Positions 1 to 13,344 of a stretch of DNA of 64,000 bases are shown here, piece after piece. Source of the stretch: Octopus sinensis (Eukaryota); NCBI RefSeq assembly GCF_006345805.1, contig NC_043010.1:9114001-9178000 (forward strand). The letters are read 5' to 3'. The notes under the pieces were generated by a model. The model was not told where the DNA came from and did not search any database. It saw only the letters and a list, made by a program, of their open reading frames with translations. Positions within the stretch are counted from its first letter, which is position 1. The number at the start of each line of letters is the position of its first letter. The translations under genes and the position numbers were made by a program.

Positions 1-81
1 GTCTGTCAGTTTGCCTGTCTCTCCGTCTGTCTGTCTATCTACTTATCTATTTTTCCAACCATCTGTCTGTTCGTCCATCTG

Positions 82-86
82 CCTGT

Positions 87-152
<66 letters not shown>
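82..152. repeat. (TATC)n microsatellite
   Basis: Pure tatc tandem run, directly visible. Confidence 0.95.
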
Positions 153-1524
153 GCTTGTCTGTTTTTCTTTGATGTAGAATGAACTAAAACAAGCAAAACA
201 TGAGAGGAGCAAGTTTTCCCAAAGGTGGTATTAGTTTCCTGCATGAAAAGAAAAACAAAAAGAGAAATAAAAAAGGTTTTTGACACTGGGGACGTTGAGT
301 CCTTCATCAGAAAAAATACAAAAGAAAATTAGAAAAGGTAAGAAGAAAGGAGGGAAGAGAATAAAGAATTAGGGGGGCCAGGTGGGCATGTAATTTAATG
401 AGAAGAAGTTAAAAGAGAAGAAGAGGGGGGGTCTGCATATAAGAGGGAGTAACTTGTAAGGAGATGAGCATAGGGAAAGGGTTGCAAGTGGTATGAGGTT
501 CAGGTGGTTGGTTGTGGGTAAGTGGGGCTGAATGGAATGTGAATGTGGGGAAGCTGAGAGTAAGGTATGAAGAAGGGAAAATAATGAAGGAAATGGAAGA
601 GAACTATCTGTCTGTCTGTCTGTCTGTCTCTCTTTCTGTGTGTGTATATGTGTGTGTGAGTGTGTGTATCATACGATCACATGATCGACCAAGCTATCAA
701 ATGTTGTTATACATCACTGGTCACAATGCGCTTTGCCTTCAAATTTTAGCCTTCAAATGATGCCACTTCACAGGCTGGGTGAGCAGGCCAACATTCACCC
801 CAATCGGAAGGCTATTCTGTCACAGGGTTACCCATTTATTGATGAGTGGACTGGAGAAAGTCAAGGAGCAAGCTAACTAAAAAAAATTTTGATTTAGAAA
901 AAAATTGTAAAGACGAGAGAGAAAGGCAGACAGACAGATAGAGGGAGAGAGAGAGAGAGAGGGGAGGAGAGAGAGGCATTAATGTTTTAGTCGTATTAGA
1001 CCTCCACGGCAAAGCATAAATCTTATTCATATTTTACTAGACATCGGAATAACTGATAAGATAATGATTTTGAGTGAATATTAGTTAGAAATGTGAGTAG
1101 CTTCCAGGAGTTCTAGCTAACTTTATCTATTTAAATGTTATATGATGATAAGACAGGTATGACAAATAATACATATGTGAGAATGTTAGCGAAGGAGAAT
1201 CGGGGGGGGGGAAGTTAATATATATGTAGTGAGTTATATGTTGCCATGTGACAGAATATTAAGCTGTCAACACACGTGGTGTTATTTACAAATACAAATG
1301 GAGTGAGGAGAGAGGAAGTGGAGGTTCAGCAGAAAAATGGAGAAGGGAAAGGAGAGAGTGAGAGAAGGGAAAGGAGAGAAAGATGCATTTGAAGAAAGAG
1401 AGGAATATTGATATAGTGAATTTCTGAAAACAAAAAAAGAAGAGCAGAGGCAATTGTAATATTCTCTCTCTCTCTCTCTTAGTAGATGTGTGTGTGTATA
1501 TGTGTGTATATATACATATGTATG

Positions 1525-1586
<62 letters not shown>

Positions 1587-1597
1587 GTATATATATA

Positions 1598-1682
<85 letters not shown>

Positions 1683-1711
1683 CGCATATCTATATCTATG
1701 TATATATATAT

Positions 1712-2520
1712 ATAACGGGAAGCTTTATGAAAATAAACAAAAGACGAAGGCAGTGGAAAACAAACGAACAATTGTATTAGTATGGCGCTCAGGAAATATA
1801 AATAAAACAAGTCTTTAACGTTTCGAGCCTACGCTCTTCAACAGAAAGATACAGAGAGAGAGAAAAAACACAGAAAGAAGGAGAGAAAAAAAATGCGTGC
1901 AGTAGCTAACGAATCAACATGGCGATCTGATTTCGGCCAGAGGTCAAAGATCAAACATGAGACGCGAGAGCGAAATAAGGGGAGATAATAGGTTTTGATA
2001 AAAGGGTTGAGGGACAGCTAAAAGTGCGTGGAGGGGTCTGGATGTGTGTATGTATAGGGTGTGTATGTATTAGTATGTATAAGGGTGTGTGTGTGTGTAT
2101 GAGAGAGTATTAGTGCGTAAGATTGGTCTGGACGTGCGTATGTATGGGGTGGTGTATGTATTAGTATGTATTAGTATGTATTAGTACGTATTGGTATGTA
2201 TAGGTAGTGTGGTGTGTGTGAGAGAGTATAAGTGCGTATGCGGGGTCTGGACGTGTGTATGTATAGGGTTGTGTAAGTATTAGTATGTACTAGTATGTAT
2301 TAGTACGTATTAGTATGTATTAGTTGGTGGTGTATTAGTATGGCACATCATATGTGATGTGATGTGGTAAAGTCATGTGGTGTAGTGAGGAGAAGAGGGG
2401 GAGGGGAGAAGAAGGGGAGAAGAGGGGGGAGAGAAGGGGGGAGGGGAAGAAGAGGGGGGAGAGAAGGGGGAAGAGGAGAAGATGGGGGAAGGAAGGGGAG
2501 GAGGGGGATGAAGGAGGAAT
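1712..2520 (-). mobile_element. Penelope-like element 3' region/pLTR remnant with hammerhead-like motif (1812-1849)
   Basis: Shares the ~200-bp end (acgggaag...cgtttcgagcctacgctcttc...) with 15601-15804 and 47300-47440; the last of these is linked to a GIY-YIG C-terminus. It is followed by the same kind of low-complexity GT/GA-rich tract. Confidence 0.55.
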
Positions 2521-3002
2521 AATATATATATATATATTCATATATATATATATATATATGTGTATAAATACATATACTAATGAACAGGTGATGATGATGG
2601 CCTGTAACATGGATGAGAGTTGTTATGCTAAAATATTTCTATGTAGTTGGTTCATGAGATTAAAATTTACAAAATATTGCTAAAGAAATATGATTTTGCT
2701 GTTTTCATAAAACTCTTTGCAGTTCTGAATTATACAAACATTATGGCTATACAGATATGAGGGATTGGTCAAAATAATTGAAATACCTTATTAAATAGAA
2801 ATTTTATTGCTTAATATGGAGTTCATTCACCTCTGGCATCAATCACAGCTTTAATATGTTGAGGAATTGATTTGTACATGTTCCGAGTGGTTGTTAGGGT
2901 AATTTGGAGCCATTATTTAAGTAAAACCTTCTTTAGCTCTCTCAGCAATGGCTCTTCACCTGACATCCTAAAATGCACCATAATTTTCAGTTATATATAT
3001 TC

Positions 3003-3035
<33 letters not shown>

Positions 3036-3187
3036 TACACATGCACATATATGTAACAATACATATATGATTTATATATCTTATGTTATATATACATGCA
3101 CACATACATACAAATACTTTATATTATATCATATTATATATATATATATAGACAGAGAGAGAGAGAGAGAGAGAGATGTATAAATAC

Positions 3188-3232
<45 letters not shown>

Positions 3233-3300
3233 TATATACACATATATGCATATATATATACATATATGCATATATATACATAGATATGCATATCTATCAA

Positions 3301-3334
<34 letters not shown>

Positions 3335-3640
3335 ATATATAATATATATATATATATATACACCTATATATATACATATACATATATATACAGTGATTAT
3401 GAGGATGAATACTATAGTGCTCTGTTTCACTTTTTGTGCTCTTAATGCGAATACGGATCTAAATTAGATATATGAATAAAGGCATTATTGTCCTCGAAGA
3501 TTGTGCTGCTATCAGAGGAAAAATGTATTTTGCGATGAACAAGATCAGGCAAAATATCAAGTTAGGGCTAGGACCTGATTTCGGCATTGAGTGTTATACA
3601 AGTGCCAGAACTGGATGCTATTGTACTGTAGTAAATGTAC

Positions 3641-3865
3641 CTATTCCTTTACTACCCACAGAGGGGACAAACAAGGACAGACAAACGGATTAAGTCGATA
3701 TACTGACCCCAGTGCGTAATGCGTAACTGGTACTTATTTAATCGACCCCGAAAGGATGAAAGGCAAAGTCGACCTCGGTAGAATTTGAACTCAGAACATA
3801 GCGGCAGACGAAATACCAGTAAGCATTTCGCCCAGCGTGCTAACATCTCTGCCAGCTCGCCACCT
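3641..3865 (-). mobile_element. SINE family A (~230 bp), full length, 20-bp TSD
   Basis: Minus strand begins GGTGGCGAGCTGGCAG and contains GAGTTCAAATTC (B-box-like) and CCTTTCATCCTTTCGGGGTCGAT. Flanked by TTGTACTGTAGTAAATGTAC at 3621-3640 and 3866-3885. Confidence 0.9.
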
Positions 3866-3994
3866 TTGTACTGTAGTAAATGTACTGTAGTAAATGTACC
3901 ATCCACTCTATCTGAATTCCAGACTAGGTATTGCAATAGTCTAAGGTTTAAAGGCCCACAACTCATCAATGCCCAGCCACAAAAATTAAGGAAT

Positions 3995-4385
3995 TACTCT
4001 TTTACTTGTTTCAGTCATTCGACAGTGGCCATGCTGGAGCACCACCTTTAGTTGAGCAAATCGACCCCAGGACTTATTCTTTGTAAGCCTAGTACTTATT
4101 TTATCGGTCACTTTTGCCGAACCGCTAAGGTACGGGGACATAAAGACACCAGCATTAGTTGTCAAGCGATGTTGGGGGGACAAACACAGACACACAAACA
4201 CACACCACACACACACATATATATATATTATATATATATATACGATGGGCTTCTTTCAATTTCCGTCTACCAAATCCACTCACAAGGCTTTAGTCAGCCC
4301 GAGGCTACAGTAGAAGACACTTGCCCAAGGTGCCACACAGTGGGACTGAACCCAGAACCATGTGGTTCATAAGCAAGCTACTTAT
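3995..4385 (-). mobile_element. SINE family B (~450 bp, internal CA/AT microsatellite)
   Basis: Colinear with at least ten other copies in the window (e.g. 7672-8080, 46728-47155, 54099-54520). The head is tRNA-like: GGAGTGGCTGTGTGGTAAGTAGC...GGGTTCAGTCCC. Confidence 0.85.
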
Positions 4386-4557
4386 CCTAATTAATGTGGG
4401 TATAGATGTCTTCACAAAAGAACTAGACATCTTCCTCTCTACAATACCAGATGAACCAACGGTCTGGCATGAGGTACAGATAAGGGTGGTGGAATCAAAT
4501 TCCCTCATACACCAAATGGGCCAACAGCTGGGACAATGGTACATACAGGAGTGGTGA
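4386..4557 (+). mobile_element. CR1/L2-group LINE ORF2 C-terminal fragment
   Basis: Translation INVGIDVFTKELDIFLSTIPDEPT...VESNSLIHQM resembles the FKxxLDxFLxxIPDxP...SNSL terminus of CR1-group RT ORFs (recognised from memory). Confidence 0.6.
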
Positions 4558-4654
4558 TGTAAAATTCCCCCAGCATGAGAAAATCAGCAAACACCATGGT
4601 GGTGCTGAAGCATGACCACAGCAACATTGCTGAAATAAATAAATGAATCAAAGA

Positions 4655-5115
4655 ATAATTCTTGGTATCAATTCTTCTATGAAGAACAACTAATGGTTTC
4701 AGAGAATTCTGTCTTATGGCAACCCAGATCATCACCGAATCATCTCTGTGCTCCACAGTACTGGCCAAACAGGGTTCAAAGCTTCTTTAGGTTGTCTCCA
4801 GTCATAAATTCACCTTGAAGTGGGGTAAAAGGGTAAATGATGACCCATCAGTGATGATAACATTGGTCCATTGACTCATTGACCACTTCTAATTATTTAG
4901 ACACAATGTTTTTTTTTACTTAGTGTTGATGAGGACAGGGAAGATTTATCAATTGCAATCCTTGTATGGTATCCAGATTTATGGAGATAATGATAAATGG
5001 TTTTTCTTGGTGCAGCAGGGTTGATAATCTGGTTGTTTAACTCTGCTGTCACTTTTGCTGCTGTAATTTGATAACCTTTAGATACAATATGTATTACAAT
5101 TTTATGGTCCCTTTT
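4655..5115 (-). pseudogene. Degenerate Tc1-family transposase fragment
   Basis: Frameshifted translation: QITAAKVTAELN...KTIYHYLHKSGYHTRIAI (HTH), WTNVIITDGSSFTL (first catalytic D region, DESxF-like), WRQPKEA, STVEHRDDSVMIWVAI (TVKHGGGSVMVWG-like). Confidence 0.8.
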
Positions 5116-6480
5116 TGTGAGCTTTTATTTTTATTATTCTTATACTTGTTTCAGTCATTTGATTGCAGACATGCTGGAGCACCACTGTGAAGATCTCTAA
5201 GTCAAACAAATCGACCCAAGGACTTATATCTCAAGCCTAGCACTTATTCTGTCAGTCTCTTTTGCAAACTGCTAAGTTACGTATACGTAAACACACCAGC
5301 ACCCATTGTCAAGCGGTGATGGGGAGGACAAACACAGACAAAAAGACACACACACATAGGATCTTTGTCTTGCAAGTTATTTGGTAACCTTGCCAGTGTG
5401 ATGCCACATAAAAAAACACCAAATCCACACTAAAGTGGTTGGCATTTGGAAGGGAATCCAGCAGTAAAACCCTCATCAAAACTGACCTTACCTGTGTTTG
5501 TGCCATGTAAAAAGCACTCACTCCACTCTGCTGGGTGGTGGGTGTAAGAAGAGCATTTAGCCGTAAAAACCTTGCCAAAAGAGACACAGATGTCTGGTGC
5601 AGGCTCCTGCCTGGCCAGCTCTTGTCAAATCATCCAACCTATGCGAACATGGAAAGTGGATGTTAAATGATGATGGTGATGATGGTGATGATGTATGTAT
5701 ATTTATATACAACAGACTTCTTTCAGTTTCTGTCTACCAAATCCATTCACAAGGCTATAGTAGAAGACACTTGTTCAAGATGTCATGCAGTGGGACTGAA
5801 AGCAGAACCATGTGGCTGGGGAAGCAAGCTTCTTACTACACAGCCTATTCTTGTCAGAACTGGTTTTTACCCTGGTTTTAGAATGCCAACATGGACATAG
5901 TTTTAAAGACTGTACCTCTGGAAATATTAAACAGTTCAGGAGTTTTAGTGGCTGAAGTTCCAGCCGGCCATGCTTCAATAGTTTGTCTTCTTTGGAAATG
6001 AGAAGGGTCCCATATTTTAACTTATGTAAATATGAATATCTGCATCCACCACCAAAAAACAAAAGACCCTGGGGCATATCATGAAGTACAAGATATTCAT
6101 AATGCATTTGAACACATATGTACAAACCAAAGCATTTTTTGAATCCAAATATGACCAAGTGAAAAAATAGTTAAATGAAAAGTGATTTTTTTCCCCTTAT
6201 TTTGTTCCAACCCCCTTATATTCATTCATGTTGATCTCCATGTTATGTTATTCCATGTGTATAATGAATAATATAAAATGAAAGTTTGGAATTTAAAGGA
6301 GTTTTGGATCTGATTTCATTTCATATTAACAGCCATAATGATAAACGAAAGAACAACACATAACGGCTTGTAAAATAAGAAGAAATTTTCAGGTATTTCT
6401 ATGTAGGTGCGTATTTATGTCTATTTGTAAGTACTTGACAGAGGTACACAGAGACGCCTATTCAAATTTAATAAATCTGA

Positions 6481-6852
6481 TGGAAGCACTCCGTCGGTTA
6501 CGACGATGAGGGTTCCGGTTGATCCGAATCAACGGAACAGCCTGCTCATGAAATTAACGTGTAAGTGGCTGAGCACTCCACAGACACGTGCACCCTTAAC
6601 GTAGTTCTCGGGGATATTCAGCGTGACACAGAGAGTGACAAAGCCGGCCCTTTGAAATACAGGTACAACAGAAACAGGAAGTAAGAGTGAGAGAAAGTTG
6701 TGGTGAAAGAGTACAGCAGGGATCACCACCACTTCGTGGAGCTTTAGGTGTTTTCGCTCAATAAACACTCACAACGCCCGGTCTGGGAATCGAAACCGCG
6801 ATCCTATGACCGCGAGTCCGCCGCCCTAACCACTGGGCCATTGCGCCTCCAC
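6481..6852 (-). mobile_element. SINE family C (tRNA-derived head, ~380 bp)
   Basis: Minus strand GTGGAGGCGCAATGGCCCAGTGGTTAGGGCGGCGGACTCGCGG...GGTTTCGATTCCC (A/B boxes). Near-identical to 9320-9648, 19898-20283 and 37857-38227. Confidence 0.9.
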
Positions 6853-7096
6853 TTAATAAATCTAGACCAGTTGTGAAATGTAGATCCATTTCAACCTGCA
6901 GATTAAGTATTCAAGTTATTACAGCTGAACACATAAGATTTATATGTTAGTTGTAGGGTATATGCATGTACATGTAGTGTTAAAACTGGTTCTTCATTGG
7001 TTATGATGATGAAGGTACCAGCTGATTCAATCAACGGAGCAACCTGCTTGTGAAATTAAGGTGCAAGTGGCAGAACACTCCACACGCACAATTGTA

Positions 7097-7320
7097 CCTA
7101 TTTCTTTACTACCCACAAGAGGTTGAACACAGAGAGGACAAACAAGGACAGACAAACAGATTAAGTCAATTATATCGACCCTAGTGCGTAACTGGTACTT
7201 ATTTAATCGACCTCGAAAGGATGAAAGGCAAAGTCGACCTCAGCGGAATTTGAACTCAGAACATAGCGGCAGACGAAATACTGCTAAGCATTTTGCCCGG
7301 CGTGCTAATGTTTCTGCCAG
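7097..7320 (-). mobile_element. SINE family A inserted into an older C-related SINE (6985-7512)
   Basis: The A body is flanked left by C-like 3' sequence and right by the C-like gattcagtgtgacacag module plus a tRNA-like head. Confidence 0.7.
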
Positions 7321-7671
7321 GGAGATTCAGTGTGACACAGGGTGTGATGAGACTGGCCTTTCAAAATACAAGTACTACTCTTTTTTGGCAGCTGAGTGGA
7401 CTGAGTGAAGCAATGTGAAATAATCTGTGAAATAAAGCATTGCTGGGAATCGAACTCACGACCTAACAATTATGAGCCAAACAGCCCTAACTACTAAGCC
7501 ATGTGCCTTCACACACGTAGTGTACATTAATTACTTAAGAATAAGATAAAAGAATTAGATGGATTTACTGCAAAACGTAATTCAGACACACATACTCATG
7601 TATGGTAAAGAAACTTTACAACCGTGTTCTCTTTAGTTTGCTCTCACAACACCTCATTTTGAGTAAATTAC

Positions 7672-7889
7672 TCTTTACTCTTTACTATTTTACTTGTTTC
7701 AGTCATTTGACTGTGGCCACGCTGGAGCACCGCCTTTAATCGAGCAACTCGACCCCGGGACTTATTCTTTTGTAAACCCAGTACTTTTTATTCTATCGGT
7801 CTCTTTTGCCGAACCGCTAGGTAACGGGGACATAAACACACCAGCATTGGTTGTCAAGCAATGCTAGGGGGACACACACAGACACACAA

Positions 7890-7922
<33 letters not shown>

Positions 7923-8080
7923 CATATATACGACGGGCTTCTTCCAGTTTCCGTCTACCAAATCCACTGACAAGGCATTGGTCGGCTCGAGGCTATAGTA
8001 GAAGACACTTGCCCAAGGTGCCACGCAGTGGGACTGAACCTGGAACTATGTAGTTGGTAAGCAAGCTACTTACCACCAGA
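7672..8080 (-). mobile_element. SINE family B
   Basis: Colinear with the other B copies. Confidence 0.85.
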
Positions 8081-9319
8081 GTCCTGAACCAACCAGTGCT
8101 GTAGGAAGGAACAAAAGCAAAAAGTGACAATATAGGCAGGAGAATATTAGTTTAACTAGCTGGCCCTGTGCCATCAAAAGTGACTGCTAATTGTAATATT
8201 TTATATATAAATAAGCTACAAAGCCAAGATTTTCATTTAATAATTCTTAATTATCAAATGCTTAATATACCTTTCAACTGCAGTCATTTCATATTCTTGA
8301 TACACTCAGGCAGTAATTATTTTCTCTAATGAGTTCGTATATGTTTGTGTAGGTGTAGGTGTGTGTGACTGTAATAATTATTTTCAACAAAACAGATAGA
8401 ATATGAATGATAAATCAAATTAATACACTTGTCAATGTTATTTTGTGGTTATCTTTTGAGATGTGACATCGATCATCGTTTGTTACTGAAAGAATGCTGA
8501 TTCAAACATACAAACATTTTCATATTTCCCTTGTACATGCACACACATACACACATATACTCACACAGAGTTGAAACACTGTTTGATTTTCCTTTTCAGC
8601 ATTGAATGTTCACCATCCCACTTCCATTGAACACACACACACACACACACAAACATTCACATACCTTCCTTTTATATACATACACATATACACACACAGA
8701 GTTGAAACACTGTTTGATTTTTATTTTCCACTGTAGAATTTCCATCATCCCACTACCAGTTTGCCCTCACCCCTTCCTTTCTTATTCATCTACCACCCCT
8801 TCCTTTCTCATTCAAAGGTCGTGAGGGAGAAAAACATAAGAGTATTGTTATTGTAGATACTTAAAATTGTAAGGGAAGTCTTTACATTTTGGACTCAAGT
8901 CCTTTATCGGAAGATAAGTGAGGAGGAAAGTAAGAGAGAGTGTGAAAGGGGAAATTTAGTTGTGAAGAGAAGAGAGAAAAACAGATGATGGGTTCAGGGC
9001 CAGGGGGCAATGTGGAGGATGGTGACTTAATAGGAACGATTGTAAGGTGTGTGTGTGTAGAAGTGTGTGCAAGTACAGAATTATAGGAGTGTGATTAGTG
9101 GGGATGTGGGATGTTGGTGCATGCGTGTAATTGCTAAGAGTTTGAGGAAAGCATGGAAGTAAGGAGGTTAGAGGGTAGGAGTGCATGGTAAAAAGGGAAA
9201 GTGAGAGGACTGCATGGTGTGTGTGTGTGTGATAGAAGTATATGTAAGTGTATAGGTGTGAGGTGTTGTAATATTGAAGAAACTTATGAACAAGGGAGAA
9301 GAAACTAGATACAATTTTT

Positions 9320-9648
9320 TGGAAGCACTCCGTCGGTTACGACGACGAGGGTTCCAGTTGATCCGAATCAACGGAACAGCCTGCTCGTGAAATTAACATG
9401 TAAGTGGCTGAGCACTCCACAGATACGTGTACCCTTAACGTAGTTCTCGGGGATATTCAGCGTGACACAGAGAGTGACAAGGCCAGCCCTTTGAAATACA
9501 GGTACAACAGAAACAGGAAATAAGAGTGAGAGAAAGTTGTGGTGAAAGAGTACAGCAGGGATCACCACCATCCCCTGCTGGAGCCTCGTGGAGCTTTTAG
9601 GTGTTTTCGCTTAATAAACACTCACAACACCTGATCTGGGAATCGAAA
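9320..9648 (-). mobile_element. SINE family C, 5'-truncated
   Basis: Colinear with 6481-6852 but stops at gggaatcgaaa. Confidence 0.88.
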
Positions 9649-10203
9649 AGATACAATATAACACAGTAGCAAGAAAAAGTTTTCACTTCTGTGAGGGAGA
9701 AAAAAATTAGAGAGAAACAAATGAAGGGGCAAGAGAGATGTGCTGGAGGTGAAAATAAAGTATATAAATGGAAGGGAATAATGAAAAACTAAATATGAGA
9801 TAAATGAACAAGTGAGTTTAGGCAGAAAAAAGAAGTAGAAGAAAGATTCAGAGGAAAAATTGGTAAATCATCTGCAGGTGACATTTCTTGTTGACATTAA
9901 ACCTTTAATTCTAGATTTATAAAAAGATCATTTCATAAAATAAAATAGAAATTTGAAACTGAATCTTCATCATTTCAAATAGAGGGAGGGTTGTATAGTT
10001 ATGAAGTTTACTTCACAAACTTGTAGTTTCAGGTTGTCTCCTACAATAACCCAGGGCTGCCCAATGCTTTAGGATTGAATTGACAGATAAAAATTATGTG
10101 GAAGTCTGTTGCCAGGACATGAATATGTATATGAATGTGTATGTGAACCTTTGTGTTTGGTATGTCCACAACAATTATTTAAAAAAAATAAAAATATAAA
10201 TGT

Positions 10204-10450
10204 GCCCTTTTAAAGCCTTGCCAGGTTCATAGGCCCGGTTTCCTGGTTTTTATGGCGTATGTGTTCCCCAGCTGGATGGGACGCCAGTCCATCCCATCAT
10301 TACTAATTTTTGCCAGCTGAGTGGACTGGAGCAACGTGAAATGAAGTGCTTTGCTCAAGAGCACAATGAGTCACCTGGTCCAGGAATCGAAACCACAATC
10401 TTACGATCCTGATGCTGACACCCTAACCACTAAGCCATGTGCCTCCACAC
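10204..10450 (-). mobile_element. SINE family E (tRNA head plus TTGAGCAAAGCACTTCA module)
   Basis: Reverse-complement match to 36762-37008. Confidence 0.8.
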
Positions 10451-10798
10451 AACAGTTATTACTTGACAAAAACTGTATTGGTTTATTTGGGTCATTGTGT
10501 GTGACTTGTGATTGTGGTTTTCCCCCAGCCCACTACTTGATGACTTGTAATGGTTTATTCACAGTTTGCCAAAAGTGACTGAATGAGTACCTGGCTTAAA
10601 ATAAATATGGAATTGATTGATTTCTTCAATTAAACTTACAAGGTAGTGCTCCAGCATGGTTGAACTTGATAACTGAATCAAATGATAGTGTCAAAAGGTA
10701 AAAATATACTCTCTTACCATTTCTTGAGTTTGCTTTGAAGAGGAAATATATTTTTCTCAGTATTGTCTTTGGCATATGAGGGTCTCCTCATATGATCA

Positions 10799-11097
10799 TC
10801 TTTATATATAAAAGTGAAGTTGTGTGTCTGTCTCCTACGATTTAGATTCCTAACTACTCCCACATTTTGCGGTGCAGTGTAACCAAAAGCGAGTATCTTA
10901 TAGTCGTGATTCATATCGAGCCCTTCTGGGTATTACAGCGCGTCTACGATGAGTCTACGATTTAAAAAAAAATTTACCATCATTTTTTCCCATTTTTAAT
11001 GCATTTTTTTGCTATTATATAAGGGAAGTAACTCTCTAAAAATGCTCATATAGTTATTTCCCTTACAAACCCGAGCAACGCCGGGCGATACTGCTAG
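10799..11097 (+). mobile_element. Non-autonomous Helitron (299 bp)
   Basis: 5' TC, 3' CTAG, subterminal hairpin CCCG-A-GC-AAC-GC-CGGG (11070-11085), inserted between A and T with no TSD. A second copy lies at 50646-51040. Confidence 0.85.
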
Positions 11098-11376
11098 TTT
11101 AAAATAAAATATGAAGTCCATTGCAAAAGAAACCTTGCTGTTGGAAAATCAGAAAAATTCATGAAATACAAATCTGCTAAACAAATGATTCCAAATAGAC
11201 TATTGATAAAACTGGTCTGCCTCAATAAAAGAGTTTTATTGGAAAGTGTAAAAGGTTTTTATTGTCCTGAGGATAATTCAGATATAGATACCAGGTAGAA
11301 TTTTGATTAAAAAATGCTTGCAGTATTTATCAATATGAAACAGTTGGTTACATATATATATATATTATATATATAT

Positions 11377-11408
<32 letters not shown>

Positions 11409-12810
11409 CACCCAGACATGGTGTGTGTGTTTGTTCGTGAGTGTGCATAACACACACATAGACACGCACCACACATACATACATACATACATACATACAA
11501 GCAGCAGCTATTGTAATAATTTTCAACTTGTAGATAAAGATGATTTATTTTTATTTTTCCGTAGTACCAACATTGCTATCATTGTTGTTATGTATCTCCC
11601 AAGAGCTTACACAAAAACACTGAATTTACACCCTGTCCTTTTACTTCAGTCATATTTAAAGAAGAAATAGAATTCTCCAAGATACATCTTTTCTAGTTTT
11701 TAGAAAAACTCTTGTAGCAGAACATTCTGTGCTAAAATATATCAGCCAGAAAGATGGCTTCCCATCTATCAATGCTTCGCTTAATTAGCTGCTGTATCTT
11801 TCTGACTGGGGAATTAACCAGTAAGATTCATTCTACTGTCCGATGCAGTTGGGCATTTTAAAGATAAACCAATCAAAAATATCCAACATTTTACTCCCAA
11901 TAGACTGCATTATCTGAAAACTTAGCTATCATTCAAAAATTGTCACTGGGCTATTAACAGCTGCCTAAGGAAACCATTTATTTTAATTATTTTCACTGTC
12001 AAAATCTTGCTTAATATTTTTTCCTCATTTTTAAATATCATTTCTGCATTATCATAGTTAGTATTATTATTATTATCAGCATCATCATAGCAACTATATA
12101 CATACATAACATACATACATACATAATGCACATACATACACACATGTATGTATGTATGTTTATATTTTCATATACTGCCCTAAGACTATTACTGAACTTG
12201 CAAGATTATTTTATTTTTTGCATTGCATTCTATCGTATATATTTATTTTCTATTTATCTCTTTCTCAATATTTCTTTATTCACATTTTGTTAATAAAATT
12301 TCTCATTTTTTTTTATCTCCCTGATAAATGTCACTGTCACTGAAAATTTTTTCTTCCCATCTCCATAATAAAAAATAATATTTACCTCAAATTTATGTTT
12401 TATACTGTATTTTATATATAAGAATGAATATGCACATAAAATTGCATGTCTGTGACTGCATTTATATACACATGTATATACACATGTGTGTGTGTGCATA
12501 TACATATAAGTGCATGTGTGTGTATGCAGGCATGTGTTCGTTTGTGTGTATCATTGTCTAGACAGCTCATGATAGTTGTAAATCATACAAGTTATTTGTC
12601 TCCAGGCTTCCATGCAAAATGTCTAGTTCTGAGAAAATATTGCCTTGCTTAGAAACAGGTGAGAACTGGTGACAAGGAGGGCATCCAGCCGTAAAGAATT
12701 TGATGCAAACAAATTCCATCTGATCCATGCAAATAAGGAAAAGCGGACAATACATATATGTATATGTATATGTATATATATAGTTATATATATGTATATG
12801 TATATGTATG

Positions 12811-12870
<60 letters not shown>

Positions 12871-12926
12871 GATGTATAATAGATAGATAGATAGATATGT
12901 ATATATATATTTATATATATATAGTG

Positions 12927-13262
12927 AAGATGCATGGCTCAGTGGTTAGAGTGTCAAGCTTACGATCGTGAGGTTGTGAGTTCGAATCCTAGACTGGGAT
13001 GTGTGTTGTGTTCTTGAGCAATATACTTTATTTCACGTTGCTCCAGTTCACTCAGCTATAGAAATGAGTTGCGACGTCACAGGTGCCAAGATGTATCGCC
13101 CCTTTGCCTTTCCCTTGGATAACACTGGTAGCGTGGAGAAGGGAGGCCAGTATCCATAGGCGACTGCTGGTCTTCCATAAACAAACTTGCCCAGACTTGT
13201 GCCTGGGAGGGCAACTTTCTAGGTGCAATCCCATGGTCAGTCATGACCGAAGGGGGTCTCAG
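12927..13262 (+). mobile_element. tRNA-derived SINE (E-related head, different 3' body)
   Basis: A box TGGCTCAGTGG and B box GTTCGAATCC, then the TTCTTGAGCAA...TTCACGTTGCTCCAG module shared with family E. Confidence 0.8.
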
Positions 13263-13264
13263 CA

Positions 13265-13300
<36 letters not shown>

Positions 13301-13344
13301 ATACATACATGCAGACGTACGTACATACATCCATACATCATCAT

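Noticed and set aside
2390-2515. G-quadruplex/H-DNA-forming purine tract
   Set aside because: Part of a low-complexity PLE UTR; such tracts are common and nothing indicates function.
3472-3693. 73-aa ORF MNKGIIVLEDC...
   Set aside because: No recognisable domain, and it runs into a SINE.
6780-6852. tRNA gene (also the heads at 12927, 19898, 36762, 54099)
   Set aside because: A/B boxes are present but there is no complete cloverleaf, and each continues into a repeated SINE body.
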